Below, in pieces: positions 21,052 to 31,831 of a stretch of 64,000 bases of DNA. Numbering within the stretch: the stretch's first letter is position 1; the number at the start of each line of letters is the position of its first letter. This DNA comes from an uncultured delta proteobacterium. Its GTDB lineage: Bacteria > Desulfobacterota > RBG-13-43-22. Made by a program: the position numbers and the translations under genes. The stretch spans positions 96,001-160,000 of the forward strand of contig CAWDKY010000016.1 of the NCBI GenBank assembly GCA_963802945.1, given 5' to 3'. The notes under the pieces were generated by a model. It made no database searches. It was not told the origin of the DNA and saw only the letters and a list, made by a program, of their open reading frames with translations.

Positions 21052-22784
21052 GATTAATCCTATCCCAATATCTTCGGTCACTTAAAGAGCGCAATGAATT
21101 TGACAGTCTCCTTCCAAATATTTTGCTCGCAATGGGTTATGTCCCAATCTCAAAACCACAAACCGGAATCCGTCAGTACGGGGTTGATTTAGCAGCAGTA
21201 GGAAATGCACCTGAGGATGGGGTTCAGGAATTGATATTAATGGTTATAAAACGAGGAGACATAGGGCGAAATGAGTGGGATTCTGGACCGCAATCTGTTC
21301 GACAGAGTCTGAACGAAATCTTTGATGTTTACCTTAAAACGCATGTTGAACCCGCACATGAGCCACTTAGGAAAAAAGTCGTCTTAGCAACGACAGGGGA
21401 TCTTAAGCAAGATACACAGATCAATTGGGACAATTATGCAAGGGAGCATTCTGATCGCGCTGTGTTTAATTTTTGGAGTGGAGATTGCATCGCCATCATT
21501 GTAGAACAACACATGCTTAACGAGTATGTATTTAGCGCGGAAGACCGCACGAATTTAAGAAAATCCCTCGCCCTAGCAGGAGAACTTGAATATGAACAAA
21601 GGGATCTCCATCGCTTGTTCCTTCGACAACTTGGCCTGAATTATGAAGGGGAGCTTTTAGAACTGAAAGTTCTTCCCCGTAATTTAGTCAAAGCCTTACG
21701 TGTTATTAATTTGTCATCTCAGATGTTCTCACGATGGTCCGAAGATGAAAATAATTTGAAACAGTCATTAACGGCCTCAGAACGGGCGATGCTTTGGTCT
21801 TGGCATCGTATCCAACTTGAAGAAATAGAAGACAGACAACAGTACTATCAAGAGTTTAACAATCTATGGCAAAGTTATAAAAGGGTAGCACATCAATATT
21901 TTCAGAAATTACAGTCCCATTTATACGTGCGAGATGGTCTATCCGGGTACTGCCGAGAAAACGCTCAGTTTTCCCTAATTGTTTTTGAGCAAATTGGTCT
22001 AATTGCATCAATTGGACTTTCCCAATTTTTGGCAGTTAGTGACAAGGAAACTCAAAAAGATGGATTTAAAAATGCCAATGTAGTCGCTGATGGGTTGGCC
22101 AACCTGCTAAAAAATAATCCCGTTTCCGGCTCTCCAAGACTCGACAATAATATAGTTGATATTGTGCTCGGTATGCTACTTCTGTTTTTTACGGGCCATA
22201 TTTCTCAGGCTCAAACTTGGCTTGCCGAATTGGTGAAAAGAATCGACTACACCTTAAAAATTAAACGAAGTTTCCCAATCTGCACAGATTCACCCGAAGA
22301 TCTCGTCGAATCAATTGTTTTCGAGGACGAAGAGTTTAATAAACGCTTAATGAAAATGTCTTGGTTATTACCAACACTCGCGGGATTTTCTGTAATTCTT
22401 AATCGATATGATCTCTATGAAGTTTTATCAAAGAATTCAAAGAAAGATTATCCTGAGGTTTGCCTTCAGTTATGGCATCCAACAAGCCAGGAAATTTCGA
22501 AACATCTTTATTATTGGGGCGCCCAATACCATTGTGGGGAGACGGAAGCCCCTATCATATTGCCGGAAACCGCGGGCGAGTATCGAACCCAAATGGAAGC
22601 CCTTCTTAAGTCAGAACGGCATAATGTTGTGAACACATCAACGGCAGCGAAGGCAGGAATCCCGGCGATTGATTTAATTGCCTGTAGACATTTTAGAACC
22701 CCTGTTGCTCCATTCTTCTGGTATCAGCTCTTACAAGTCAAAAATTTTAGCCCGAAGCAGGAGGATTTAGTTGCACCCCAATAG
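21048..22784 (+). CDS. hypothetical protein with N-terminal restriction-endonuclease-like domain (candidate defence effector)
   Basis: LKERNEFDSLL...RQYGVDLAAVG...LMVIKRGDI fits an Mrr-like E...D...xK pattern; helical C-terminus; ATGA overlap with the upstream gene. Confidence 0.65.
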   Translation: MRLILSQYLRSLKERNEFDSLLPNILLAMGYVPISKPQTGIRQYGVDLAAVGNAPEDGVQELILMVIKRGDIGRNEWDSGPQSVRQSLNEIFDVYLKTHVEPAHEPLRKKVVLATTGDLKQDTQINWDNYAREHSDRAVFNFWSGDCIAIIVEQHMLNEYVFSAEDRTNLRKSLALAGELEYEQRDLHRLFLRQLGLNYEGELLELKVLPRNLVKALRVINLSSQMFSRWSEDENNLKQSLTASERAMLWSWHRIQLEEIEDRQQYYQEFNNLWQSYKRVAHQYFQKLQSHLYVRDGLSGYCRENAQFSLIVFEQIGLIASIGLSQFLAVSDKETQKDGFKNANVVADGLANLLKNNPVSGSPRLDNNIVDIVLGMLLLFFTGHISQAQTWLAELVKRIDYTLKIKRSFPICTDSPEDLVESIVFEDEEFNKRLMKMSWLLPTLAGFSVILNRYDLYEVLSKNSKKDYPEVCLQLWHPTSQEISKHLYYWGAQYHCGETEAPIILPETAGEYRTQMEALLKSERHNVVNTSTAAKAGIPAIDLIACRHFRTPVAPFFWYQLLQVKNFSPKQEDLVAPQ

Positions 22785-22868
22785 ACATAAAACCATCTAA
22801 GTCTGTATCCCTACATATGTTTAGGAGATTGACTAGAATTTTTTTTATAAGGAAGGGCTGGGCATATT

Positions 22869-23183
22869 ATGAGAGATAAAACTATGTCACAGACTCTATC
22901 GCTTGAATCGATCTTGGCAACTTTAAGAATGCATAAAGAGGAAATCCAAAAGGAATTTCCTGTAAGGCGGCTTGCGCTTTTTGGATCTTTGGCTCGGCAA
23001 GAGGAGACGCTGGAAAGCGATGTAGATATCCTCGTCGATGTCGATCCCTCCATTGGACTTAAGCTTATGACCCTTGCCGACAGACTTCAAGAAATACTCC
23101 ATTGCAAAGTTGACCTCGTCTCTCGTAGGGGTGTGAAGCCATCGCTGCTTAAAGTGATTGAAAAGGAAAGTATCGATATTTAA
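22869..23183 (+). CDS. MNT-family nucleotidyltransferase (antitoxin-like), no HEPN partner
   Basis: LALFGSLARQEETLESDVDILVD...KVDLVS; 104 aa. Confidence 0.85.
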   Translation: MRDKTMSQTLSLESILATLRMHKEEIQKEFPVRRLALFGSLARQEETLESDVDILVDVDPSIGLKLMTLADRLQEILHCKVDLVSRRGVKPSLLKVIEKESIDI

Positions 23184-23280
23184 ATATGGCTTCTTTGTCT
23201 TTGAACGGGTAAACCCAATTTCTGCGACAATCTGTCGCACAAATTTCTTAAGTCGAAAATTGATATATGGTAGTTCCCAC

Positions 23281-26205
23281 ATGACCAACCCTACTGAACA
23301 TAAAACCGTCCAATCACGAATCCTTTCCTATGCTCAGGAGATCGGATGGAGTTTTGTTGCGAGGGAAGAGGCGGAAAGAAGGAGAGGGTTTGGGACTGGG
23401 GGACAAATACCTGAAGAGCGGGCCAGGAATAGTTCACTTTTCTTTGATGACCTGCTCTATGCCAAGGTCCGAGAATTTAATCCATTTTACAAAGAAGCAG
23501 CGGGGGCTTTGGTCGGGCAGTTTGGCCGTATTCAGGCCGGCATCCAGGGTAATCGGGAATTCCTTTCGTCCCTTCGAAATGCCGGGAAATATTTTTATCC
23601 CGAGGAAAACCGGGAGCTGGATCTTAAGCTAATTGATTATGATGACCCTCAAAAAAATTGCTATGAGGTCACCGAGGAATATTATTGGCACAACGGCCAT
23701 TATGGGAACCGGGAGGATATCGTCTTCCTGATCAACGGCATTCCAGTAATGGTCTTTGAATGTAAGAATGCCGCCAAATATGAAGCCATTGCCATCGGCA
23801 TTGACCAGATCCGGCGATATCATGATGAGACCCCGGAAATATTTGTGCCCGAGATGATCTTTGCCGTTACCGAGGCCATCGGCTTTTCCTATGGGGTCAC
23901 CTGGAACCTGGTACGGCGGAACATCTTTAACTGGAAAGATGAGCAGATCGGCAACCTGGAGGCCAAGGTTAAAAGCTTCTGTTCCATCCCTCGGGTCCTC
24001 GATCTCCTGAAAAAATATATCATTTTTGCCGAGAAGGAAGAGGAACTCCAGAAGTTCATCCTGGCCCAGCACCAGACCACGGCCGTGGACAAGGTGGTCC
24101 GGCGAGCCCATGATACCGGACGCAGGCGGGGGCTGATCTGGCATACCCAGGGGAGCGGCAAGACCTTTACCATGATCAAAGCGGCCGAGCTGCTCTTTAA
24201 GGCCCCGGAGTCCGAAAAGCCCACCATCCTGATGATGATCGACCGCAACGAGCTGGAAGACCAGATGATGAAAAATCTGGCGGCTTTGGGTTTGCAAAAC
24301 GTCGAACAGGCCGACACTATGGCCCGTCTCAAGCAATTGCTGAAATCCGATTATCGGGGGATCGTCGTCACCACCATCCAGAAATTCCGGGACCTGCCGG
24401 CCAACATCAACCCAAGGGAAAACATCTATGTCCTGATTGATGAGGCCCATCGCACCACCGGCGGCGACCTGGGTAATTTTCTTATGGCCGGTTTGCCTAA
24501 GGCCACCTATATCGGGTTTACCGGCACCCCTATCGATAAAACGGTTTACGGCAAAGGGACCTTCAAGACCTTCGGTTGTGAAGATGATAAGGGATATCTG
24601 CACAAATATTCCATTGCCGAGAGTATCGAGGACGGCACTACTCTGCCTTTGTATTACAACTTGGCTCCTAATACCATGCGGGTGCCTCATGAAACCATGG
24701 AAAAGGAATTCTTTGCCCTGGCTGAGACCGAAGGGATAGCCGATATCGAGGAGCTGAACAAGATCTTAGACCGGGCCGTGCATTTGAAGAATTTCTTAAA
24801 AGGGAGAGAACGTCTCATCGAGGTGGCCCAATATGTGGCCGGGCATTATCAGGAGAATGTGGAACCCCTGGGCTACAAGGCCTTTCTGGTGGCCGTGGAC
24901 CGGGAGGCCTGCGCCTTATACAAAAAAGCCCTGGATCAATTTTTACCGGGCGATTATTCGGAAGTGGTCTATACCGGCCTGCATAATGACCCGCCCCATC
25001 TGAAGGAATTCCACATAGACGGGAAAAAGGAACGGTAGATCCGGAAGAACTTTATCAAGTTCGGGGAGTTTCCCAAGATCCTGATCGTTACCGAGAAGCT
25101 TCTGACCGGTTTTGATGCCCCGATTCTTTATGCCATGTACTTAGACAAACCCATGCGCGATCACACCCTGCTTCAGGCCATTGCCCGGGTCAACCGGCCC
25201 TATGAAAACGAAAAAGAAGAAATGGTCAAACCCCATGGCTTTGTCCTGGACTTCGTGGGGATCTTCGACAAACTGGAAAAGGCCCTGGCCTTCGACAGTG
25301 ACGAGGTCAAGGCCGTGGTCAAGGACCTGAATCTCCTTAAGGCCCTGTTCCAGAGCAAAATGGAAAAAAAGGCCCCGGAATATTTGAAGCTGATCGAGAG
25401 GAAATTCGATGATAAGGACGTGGACCTTCTGATTGATCATTTCCGGGACAAGGACCGGAGAAAAGAATTTTTTAAAGAATACAAAGAGCTGGAAATGCTT
25501 TACGAGATCATTTCCCCTGATGCCTTTTTACGCCCTTTTCTGGACGACTATTCCACCTTATCCGCCATGTATGACGTGGTCCGTAAGGCCTATGCCAAGA
25601 AGGTTTATGTGGACCGGGAATTCCAAAGGAAGACTAATCAACTGGTTCGTGAAAAAGTCGGCACTTTTGGGATTGATCCAGTAGAAGAATTTGTGGCCAT
25701 TGATTCGGAAACTATTGAGTTGATCAAAAAGAAAAAAGGGGGCAATAACACCAAGATCATCAATCTGATCAAAAGCATTGAAAAGGCCGCCGAGGAAGAA
25801 AGTGATGATCCCTTCCTGATTTCCATGGCCGAACGGGCCAAGGCCGTGCTGGAAGGTTTTGAAAACCGGCATATATCCACGGCTCAGGCCCTGGAAGAGC
25901 TTTTTAAAGAAATCCGGCAAAACGAACAACGGAAGAAGGAACAACAGGATAAAGGTCTTGACGGTTTGACCTATTTTGTCTACCGGACCCTGTTGGATGC
26001 CGGGATCAAGGAAGCGGAACAGGTCAGTAAAAAGATCAAGATGGCCTTCCTGGAATATCCGCACTGGCTGTCCAGCGAGAAGGAATTGAGGGAACTGCGG
26101 AAGGGGATCACCTTCGCGATTTTTAGTGTGGAAGAAAACATTGAAAAAGTCAGTTTCATTGTCGAAGACCTGCTCAGTTTGTTGGAAAGGGCCAAGCGGA
26201 TTTGA
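23281..26205 (+). pseudogene. hsdR: type I restriction endonuclease subunit R with one in-frame amber stop
   Basis: DIVFLINGIP...ECK nuclease, [37 protein letters not shown] at 25036-38 with the same frame continuing to 26205. Confidence 0.9.
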
Positions 26206-26537
26206 TCATGGTCAATTGGGGGAAAAAAGAGGAATTCAAGGGCAGGGTCAGAAATTGGGCTGAAAAACTTGACGTCCAAGTCCGGATGGTAACGATTCGG
26301 CCTATGAAAAATAAATGGGCTTCTTGTTCTACGGTTGGGAATTTGACCTTTGATTCAGAGTTGTTGAAACGGGGGCCAAAGGAATGGAATTATGTCATTG
26401 TCCATGAACTGCTCCATTTTTCCGTTCCCAATCATGGACGCCTCTGGAAAATCCTGATGAGGGCCCATTTGGGAGAATATGAAAGGGTTGAGGAAAAACT
26501 TAGGAGCCGCATCTCAGACATTTGTGTTGACGCATAA
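26202..26537 (+). CDS. short YgjP/DUF45-like metallohydrolase
   Basis: [22 protein letters not shown]...W; this family commonly follows hsdR. Confidence 0.8.
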   Translation: MIMVNWGKKEEFKGRVRNWAEKLDVQVRMVTIRPMKNKWASCSTVGNLTFDSELLKRGPKEWNYVIVHELLHFSVPNHGRLWKILMRAHLGEYERVEEKLRSRISDICVDA

Positions 26538-26621
26538 TGTGGCGGTTGGGGTCAGGCACTGGTAATAAAACAATAACGGTTTATCATTGAGGTCTTAAAA
26601 AGAAATCCTACCAGCTTCGAA

Positions 26622-26656
26622 GAGGGATGGGGCTTTTTGTTTGAACCCCATCCCTC
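26622..26656. terminator. hairpin between convergent genes
   Basis: GAGGGATGGGG...CCCCATCCCTC 11-bp inverted repeat. Confidence 0.5.
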
Positions 26657-26676
26657 AATATTTCTGAGATTTTTTT

Positions 26677-27978
26677 CTATCTTGTCATCCCCGTTTTTTC
26701 TCTTTTTTCCTTTTTTCTATCTCTTCCCAGCGCTCCCGCCAGGGCTGCCAAGAGGGTATCTGCTTTTTCCTTGGGGATATCGAAAATACCTAGCGGTTTT
26801 CCTCTGAATTTCTCCGGAGCAGGCCACTTTTCAACCTGCTGCGCCAGGGATTCCAAATAAAAGTCAGAACCGCCTAAGTATAGCTGCTTGGTCTTGCCCC
26901 TTCTTGAAAAGAGAGGCAGGACCCCCTGGTCCACTTCATAACCCACACCAGCCAGGACCTGGTGCCCGCGCCAGCAGGCCCTCTCATGAGAGTCGCTGGT
27001 CCAGGCCTTGGCCATGGCCACCTCCTGATCACAAGGCAGGTTCTCATTGAGTTTCCAGACGGCCTGATAGGTAAGCCATCTGGAAGCGTCCACCTCGCTC
27101 AAGAGAAAGACGCAGTGATCCTGGACGTACTGATTGATGCCGATGGGCAAGTCGAATTGAATCCTCGTCTTGGCGTAATCGACAGTAACCTCCAGGACGC
27201 GCTGACCGGCCCCGACCATATCGGCGCAGAGCAGCACGGCTCCCTTTTTTATCACTTTTTCAAGGGGGGCCCAACCCCGATGCAGGGAACCGACGATGTT
27301 ATTTTTTGAGACCTTGACCCTTTTAAAGGTGACCGCACATCTGTTTGTCGCCCGCCGTGGTATCCAGAATTTCATAACTTATTCCCGGCGCATTGGCATC
27401 CACCAGAAACAGGGTGATCCCTTCTCCAGGCCTTTTCCCTTCGCCGGTCCTGGTCACACAGAGGAAATAATCGGCTATTTGGGCGTCATGAACGAACAGC
27501 TTCGGCCCGTTGATGATGTAATCATTTCCTCTCGGAGTGGCTCGAACCGTGATCCCTTCCGGTTTCCAGGCCCAGTTGTCCCAACTGGACTCCGGTTCGG
27601 TTAGGGCCAGCGAAAGCACCAGTTCGCCTCGGGCTATCCTCGGCAGCAGGTCGATTTTTTGTTTCTGACTCCCTGCCTCCAATATGGTCAGCCCGCAGAG
27701 GATAACGGTGGACAGATAGGGACTGGGCAGCATGGCCCGGCCCATTTCTTCAAAAAGTACGGCCAAATCAATAAAATCGCCTCCTGTCCCTCCGTATTCT
27801 TTCGGGAAAGGCAGTCCCAGCCATCCTTTATCGGCTAGCTTATGCCAAAGGTCCGGAGAAAATCCTTTATCATCTTCTTCTATGGACCGGACCAAGCTTT
27901 CAGGGCATTCCTTCTCCAGAAACGCCCGAGCTTCCTTCTTCAGTTCTATCCTGGGCTTCATTTAAAGAAAAATCCATA
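26677..27978 (-). pseudogene. acyl-CoA dehydrogenase, frameshifted
   Basis: MDFSLNE start, GWLGLPFPKEYGG, LALTEP, YAKTRIQFDLPIG, AMAKAW, spread over ORFs 27323-27961 and 26677-27375 with single-base indels. Confidence 0.8.
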
Positions 27979-28009
27979 ATTCGGCTCCTTTCTTGGAATC
28001 GTCCCCTTG

Positions 28010-29246
28010 ATTTATTTTTTCTTGGCTTGCAGAGATTCGGCAATGAGTTTTGTTAAACTTGGCCGGCACCCTGGGCAGACCAAGTCCTCTTCCGGCCGCG
28101 ACAATCTTATTCACTTCCAGGGTCCCTGCCGGATGCACACTTCGTGCTATCTGCCAGCGGCGTTCTATCTTTCCGGCGAACTTGGCCCATTTCGATCCGG
28201 ACCGGAGTTGGCCGTACAATCCCATGATGTTCATCATTCTCACCGGGTGTTCGGTTGAAATGATCTTGTTAAAAAAACCGCTCAGGTCATAAGGCTTTGG
28301 AGACAACTCTTTCTTTTTGGAATGCCGCCAAACCGCCTCCCAGGCGATGAGTCTTTGTATCTCCAGATCAATGGCCATCCCGGCCAAGGTCTTCCGGACT
28401 TCCGGGTCCTTGATCAACGGCTTTCCGTTGCGTTTAGTCTTCTTGCAGAACTGGACAAACTCCGTCAGCATCTGCTTGCCGACAGCAGGATTACCTGTTC
28501 CGCTGCGCTCGAATTCAAAGGCGGCCATGGCATGATAAAACCCGCGATTGAGTTCCCCCAGGAGGTTGTCCTTTGATACTTTTACGTCCTGGTAGTAGAT
28601 ATTGACTTGGGTGCCGAACCCCATAGTTCCCTGGGCCTTGTAGGTGATCCCCGGGGTATCTCCTGGGACAAGGAAGAGGCTGATGCCCTGATGCTTCGGT
28701 CTCGCTATCTGCGGTCCTGGCCAGGGTGTAAAGGTAATCGGGCTTGGTAAAGGTGGTAATAAAGGTCTTTTGTCCGTTCAGGATGTAATAGTCCCCTTCC
28801 TGGACGGCCCTGAGTTTTTGATTGGCCTCGTCCGACCCGGCCTCAGGTTCCGTAAAGGCCTGATTCCATATGGCCGTTCCATTGGCAATCCCGGGAAGAA
28901 ATTTTTTCTTTTGCTCCTCTGTGCCGAAAATCTGAACCGCTGGCCCGGCGATATGCAGGCCTGAAAAGTTGGGCCATCGACCGCCGGTATAGCCCCATTC
29001 TTCCTCAACGATACCCTGTTCAGTCGGGCTGAAACCAAGCCCGCCGGTTTCCTTGGACCATCCAGGGGTCAGGTACCCCTTCTTGCCGGCCTTTTTCTGG
29101 AGTTGCATCCAGAAATCGGTCTGGTCTTTGGTCTGGGAGAACATGGTTTCTACGCCCGGTTCAAAATCTGCCGGTATCTCCTTTAGAAAAAACTCCCGTA
29201 CGTCCTTTCTTAACTTCTCTTGTTTTTCCGTAAACCCGAAATCCAT
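28010..29246 (-). pseudogene. acyl-CoA dehydrogenase, frameshifted
   Basis: MDFGFT, FTEPEAGSD, NGQKTF, GELNRGF...FERS, AGTLEVNKIVAAGRGLGLPR; indels near 28700 and 28048. Confidence 0.8.
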
Positions 29247-29396
29247 AACATTCCTCCTTTTTAAATGTTAAAAAAATTTAATTCAGCTGATCAAAAGAAA
29301 AATTTGCACCACCCCTTCGCGCACAAACTGAAACCAGATAACATTATATCATGTGAATGAACAGGGATATGAAAAAATTACCCTAATGGTCTATTG

Positions 29397-30566
29397 CTAC
29401 AACCCCATCATCCTAGCCACAATGGTTTTCATGATCTCGTTGGTGCCGGCGAAGATGGACATAACCCGGGTGTCCCTCCAGGCCCGGGCAATAGGGTATT
29501 CCTCACAATAGCCATAGCCCCCGTGAAGCTGAAGACACTGATCGGCCACTCGCTGGGCCATGTCGGTGGTCCAGTACTTGGCCATGGAGACCTCCGTAAC
29601 GATGTTTTCCCCTTCCATGTGTTCGGCGATCAATTTGTCCACAAAGGTCCGACCCAGCTTGATTTCCGTGGCCATCTCCACGATCTTGAATTGATTGGCC
29701 TGAAATTTGGAAATGGGTTTGCCGAAGGCCGTCCGTTCTTTAACATAAGGGAGGGTGATTTCCAGCATATATTCGGCCCCGGCCACGGCCCCTATGGCAC
29801 AGACCAAGCGCTCTTGCTGGAGTTTCTCCATGAGCATGTAAAAACCCCTTCCCTTATCACCCAAAATGTGATCCTTCGGGATGCGGCAGTCGGTAAAAAA
29901 GAGTTCAGCCGTGTCCTGGCTGTGCCAGCCGATTTTTTTTATCTTTTTCCCTTTTTCAAATCCGGAGGTTTTGGCAGGGACCAGGAACAGGGATAAGGCG
30001 GCATAGGGGTTCTCGGCTTTAGGATCCCGGGCAACCAGGATCAGCAGGTCACAGTTGAGACCATTGGAGATAAAGGTTTTTTGTCCATTGATGACATAGG
30101 AATCCTTGTCCTCGACGAAATGGGTTCGGATGGCAGCCAGGTCCGAACCGGCGTTGGGTTCGGTCATGGCAATGGCCGTGATAATTTCTCCGGAAATGCA
30201 CCCCGGCAGATATTTCTTTTTCAATTCCTCCGATCCGAAGGCGGTGATATAGGGAACAATGATATCGCTGTGCAGAGAAGCGGCCAGACCAGTGTGGTTG
30301 GTTCGGGCCATTTCTTCGATCATAATCACCGAATAAAGAAAGTCGGCCCCCAGTCCACCATATTCTTCCGGCACATCCATACATAGGAAACCCTGTTCTC
30401 CCATTTTTTTCCAGATGCTCTTGGGAACGATTCCGGCTTCTTCCCATTCTTCCACATGAGGGGTGACCTCTTTTTCGAGAAATTTTTGCAGGGCTTCTCG
30501 AAAGATCCGATGCTCTTCGGTATATTTTAGGATATCCATGGGGTATATTCTCCTCTTAGCGCTCAA
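29397..30566 (-). CDS. acyl-CoA dehydrogenase (long-chain type)
   Basis: AMTEPNAGSDL, INGQKTFISNG, SQDTAELFF, LQLHGGYGY, IFAGTNEIMK. Confidence 0.93.
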   Translation of the reverse strand: MSAKRRIYPMDILKYTEEHRIFREALQKFLEKEVTPHVEEWEEAGIVPKSIWKKMGEQGFLCMDVPEEYGGLGADFLYSVIMIEEMARTNHTGLAASLHSDIIVPYITAFGSEELKKKYLPGCISGEIITAIAMTEPNAGSDLAAIRTHFVEDKDSYVINGQKTFISNGLNCDLLILVARDPKAENPYAALSLFLVPAKTSGFEKGKKIKKIGWHSQDTAELFFTDCRIPKDHILGDKGRGFYMLMEKLQQERLVCAIGAVAGAEYMLEITLPYVKERTAFGKPISKFQANQFKIVEMATEIKLGRTFVDKLIAEHMEGENIVTEVSMAKYWTTDMAQRVADQCLQLHGGYGYCEEYPIARAWRDTRVMSIFAGTNEIMKTIVARMMGL

Positions 30567-30617
30567 AGCCCGGTGTCTGCACGCCCGCAGGTGCCGGAGC
30601 TAAAAGCAATAATGAAG

Positions 30618-30826
30618 ATTAAATCACCAGCTCTGCTGGGCAGGCGTGATAAAATCTCCTTCCCGAAGGCCCCGGAAGAGGGGTAGGTCGGGAAGGAGAT
30701 TAACGTGAAAGACTTGCAAAGTTTAGCACAGGTAAAATGGGAGTGCAAATATCATATCGTCTGGGTTCTCGAATATCGCCGGAAGATATTTTTTATGAAA
30801 AAATCAGGAAACGATTGGGAGAGATA
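30618..30826 (+). mobile_element. IS200-like element left-end remnant
   Basis: CCAGCTCTGCTGG hairpin, an RBS-occluding hairpin, and GTG 30705 starting KDLQSLAQVKWECKYHIVW. Truncated; homologous to 47751-48343. Confidence 0.75.
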
Positions 30827-31194
30827 GGATTGTGCTGGGTCCATATCGGTTTACTTCTTTCAGCCAGACCTATTAAACACCTAATGCGAAAAGTGTTCTC
30901 ATCTTTTGGAAACCGGGTTCACACTTAATTGGTAAAAATGAGGTTTGGTTAGTGCCAAGGCTTTAAATTTAATCCGCCGCTTTTAACCAGCAATCCTATT
31001 TCTAGCCAGCCTCTCGTACTAGTGTTGATACTACCATGAGACCCTTAATAACAGGCAAAATAATGGATAAAAATAAATAAGCCCTAAAAAATGCCCGGTC
31101 AGCCTTTGGCTTAATCCTTTATCTAAGGGTTGGTATCAGTTTTGCAGATAAATAAGATAAACGAATTAAGAGTTTTGGAGAGGATTTAGAGGCT

Positions 31195-31578
31195 ATGGAA
31201 AATAAAAGAAACCAAGGTTTTTCCTTGTTGGAATTGATTATCGCCCTCAGTATACTCAGTATCGGCTTTCTGTCTCTTACCAGCTTGTCAATTACTGTAA
31301 TGAAGACCAATAAATTAAGCCAAAATAAGACAGCGGCCCTTCAATTAGCCCAGGAGAAGATGGAGTCGCTAAAAGCCCTTCCTTTTTCAGAGTTGCAAGG
31401 GGAAGTTGAAACCGGATTAAAAATTGGCACAGTGGGAACAATTTTTCAACGAGAAACAACGGTTCAAAAAGGGAACGGGTCTTCTTTGGCGGACATCAAG
31501 GTCCGGGTGTTTTGGCCCAGTACTGTAAACCCAACCCATTTCCATTCCACAGAACTTCTTACCCAGATTGCCGGCTAA
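31195..31578 (+). CDS. type IV prepilin-like (minor pilin) protein
   Basis: Class III signal QG|FSLLELIIAL with E5 and a hydrophobic helix. Confidence 0.85.
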   Translation: MENKRNQGFSLLELIIALSILSIGFLSLTSLSITVMKTNKLSQNKTAALQLAQEKMESLKALPFSELQGEVETGLKIGTVGTIFQRETTVQKGNGSSLADIKVRVFWPSTVNPTHFHSTELLTQIAG

Positions 31579-31831
31579 ACATGGGCCGGGTACGTAATAA
31601 AAACTGGCCTATACCTTATTTGGAATTCCACGCTTAACGAATTCAATGAAGGTTAAATACGAAACATAAAAATTATTCTAAGGATCCAAGTCCCGCCTCT
31701 GGCGGGATTGAACCCTCGAATCCTGGAATCCTTGAGCCTTATTTCGTATTAAATTGACACTGTTCTGTTTATAAGAGAGAATATCATTCATTTTCTAAAA
31801 TTTATTTTTTGCCAAGAAGGAGAGAATTTCT

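Noticed and set aside
23158-23280. N-terminal extension of hsdR in the ORF track
   Set aside because: Overlaps the MNT gene; ATG 23281 (MTNPTEHKTVQ) is the more plausible start.
23629-24690. 353 aa minus-strand ORF and similar antisense ORFs over hsdM, hsdR, eno and the ACADs
   Set aside because: Shadow frames of well-supported genes with no motifs.
25036-25038. Genome-wide stop-codon reassignment
   Set aside because: TAG, TAA and TGA all terminate intact genes here (for example eno and the AAA gene end in TAG).
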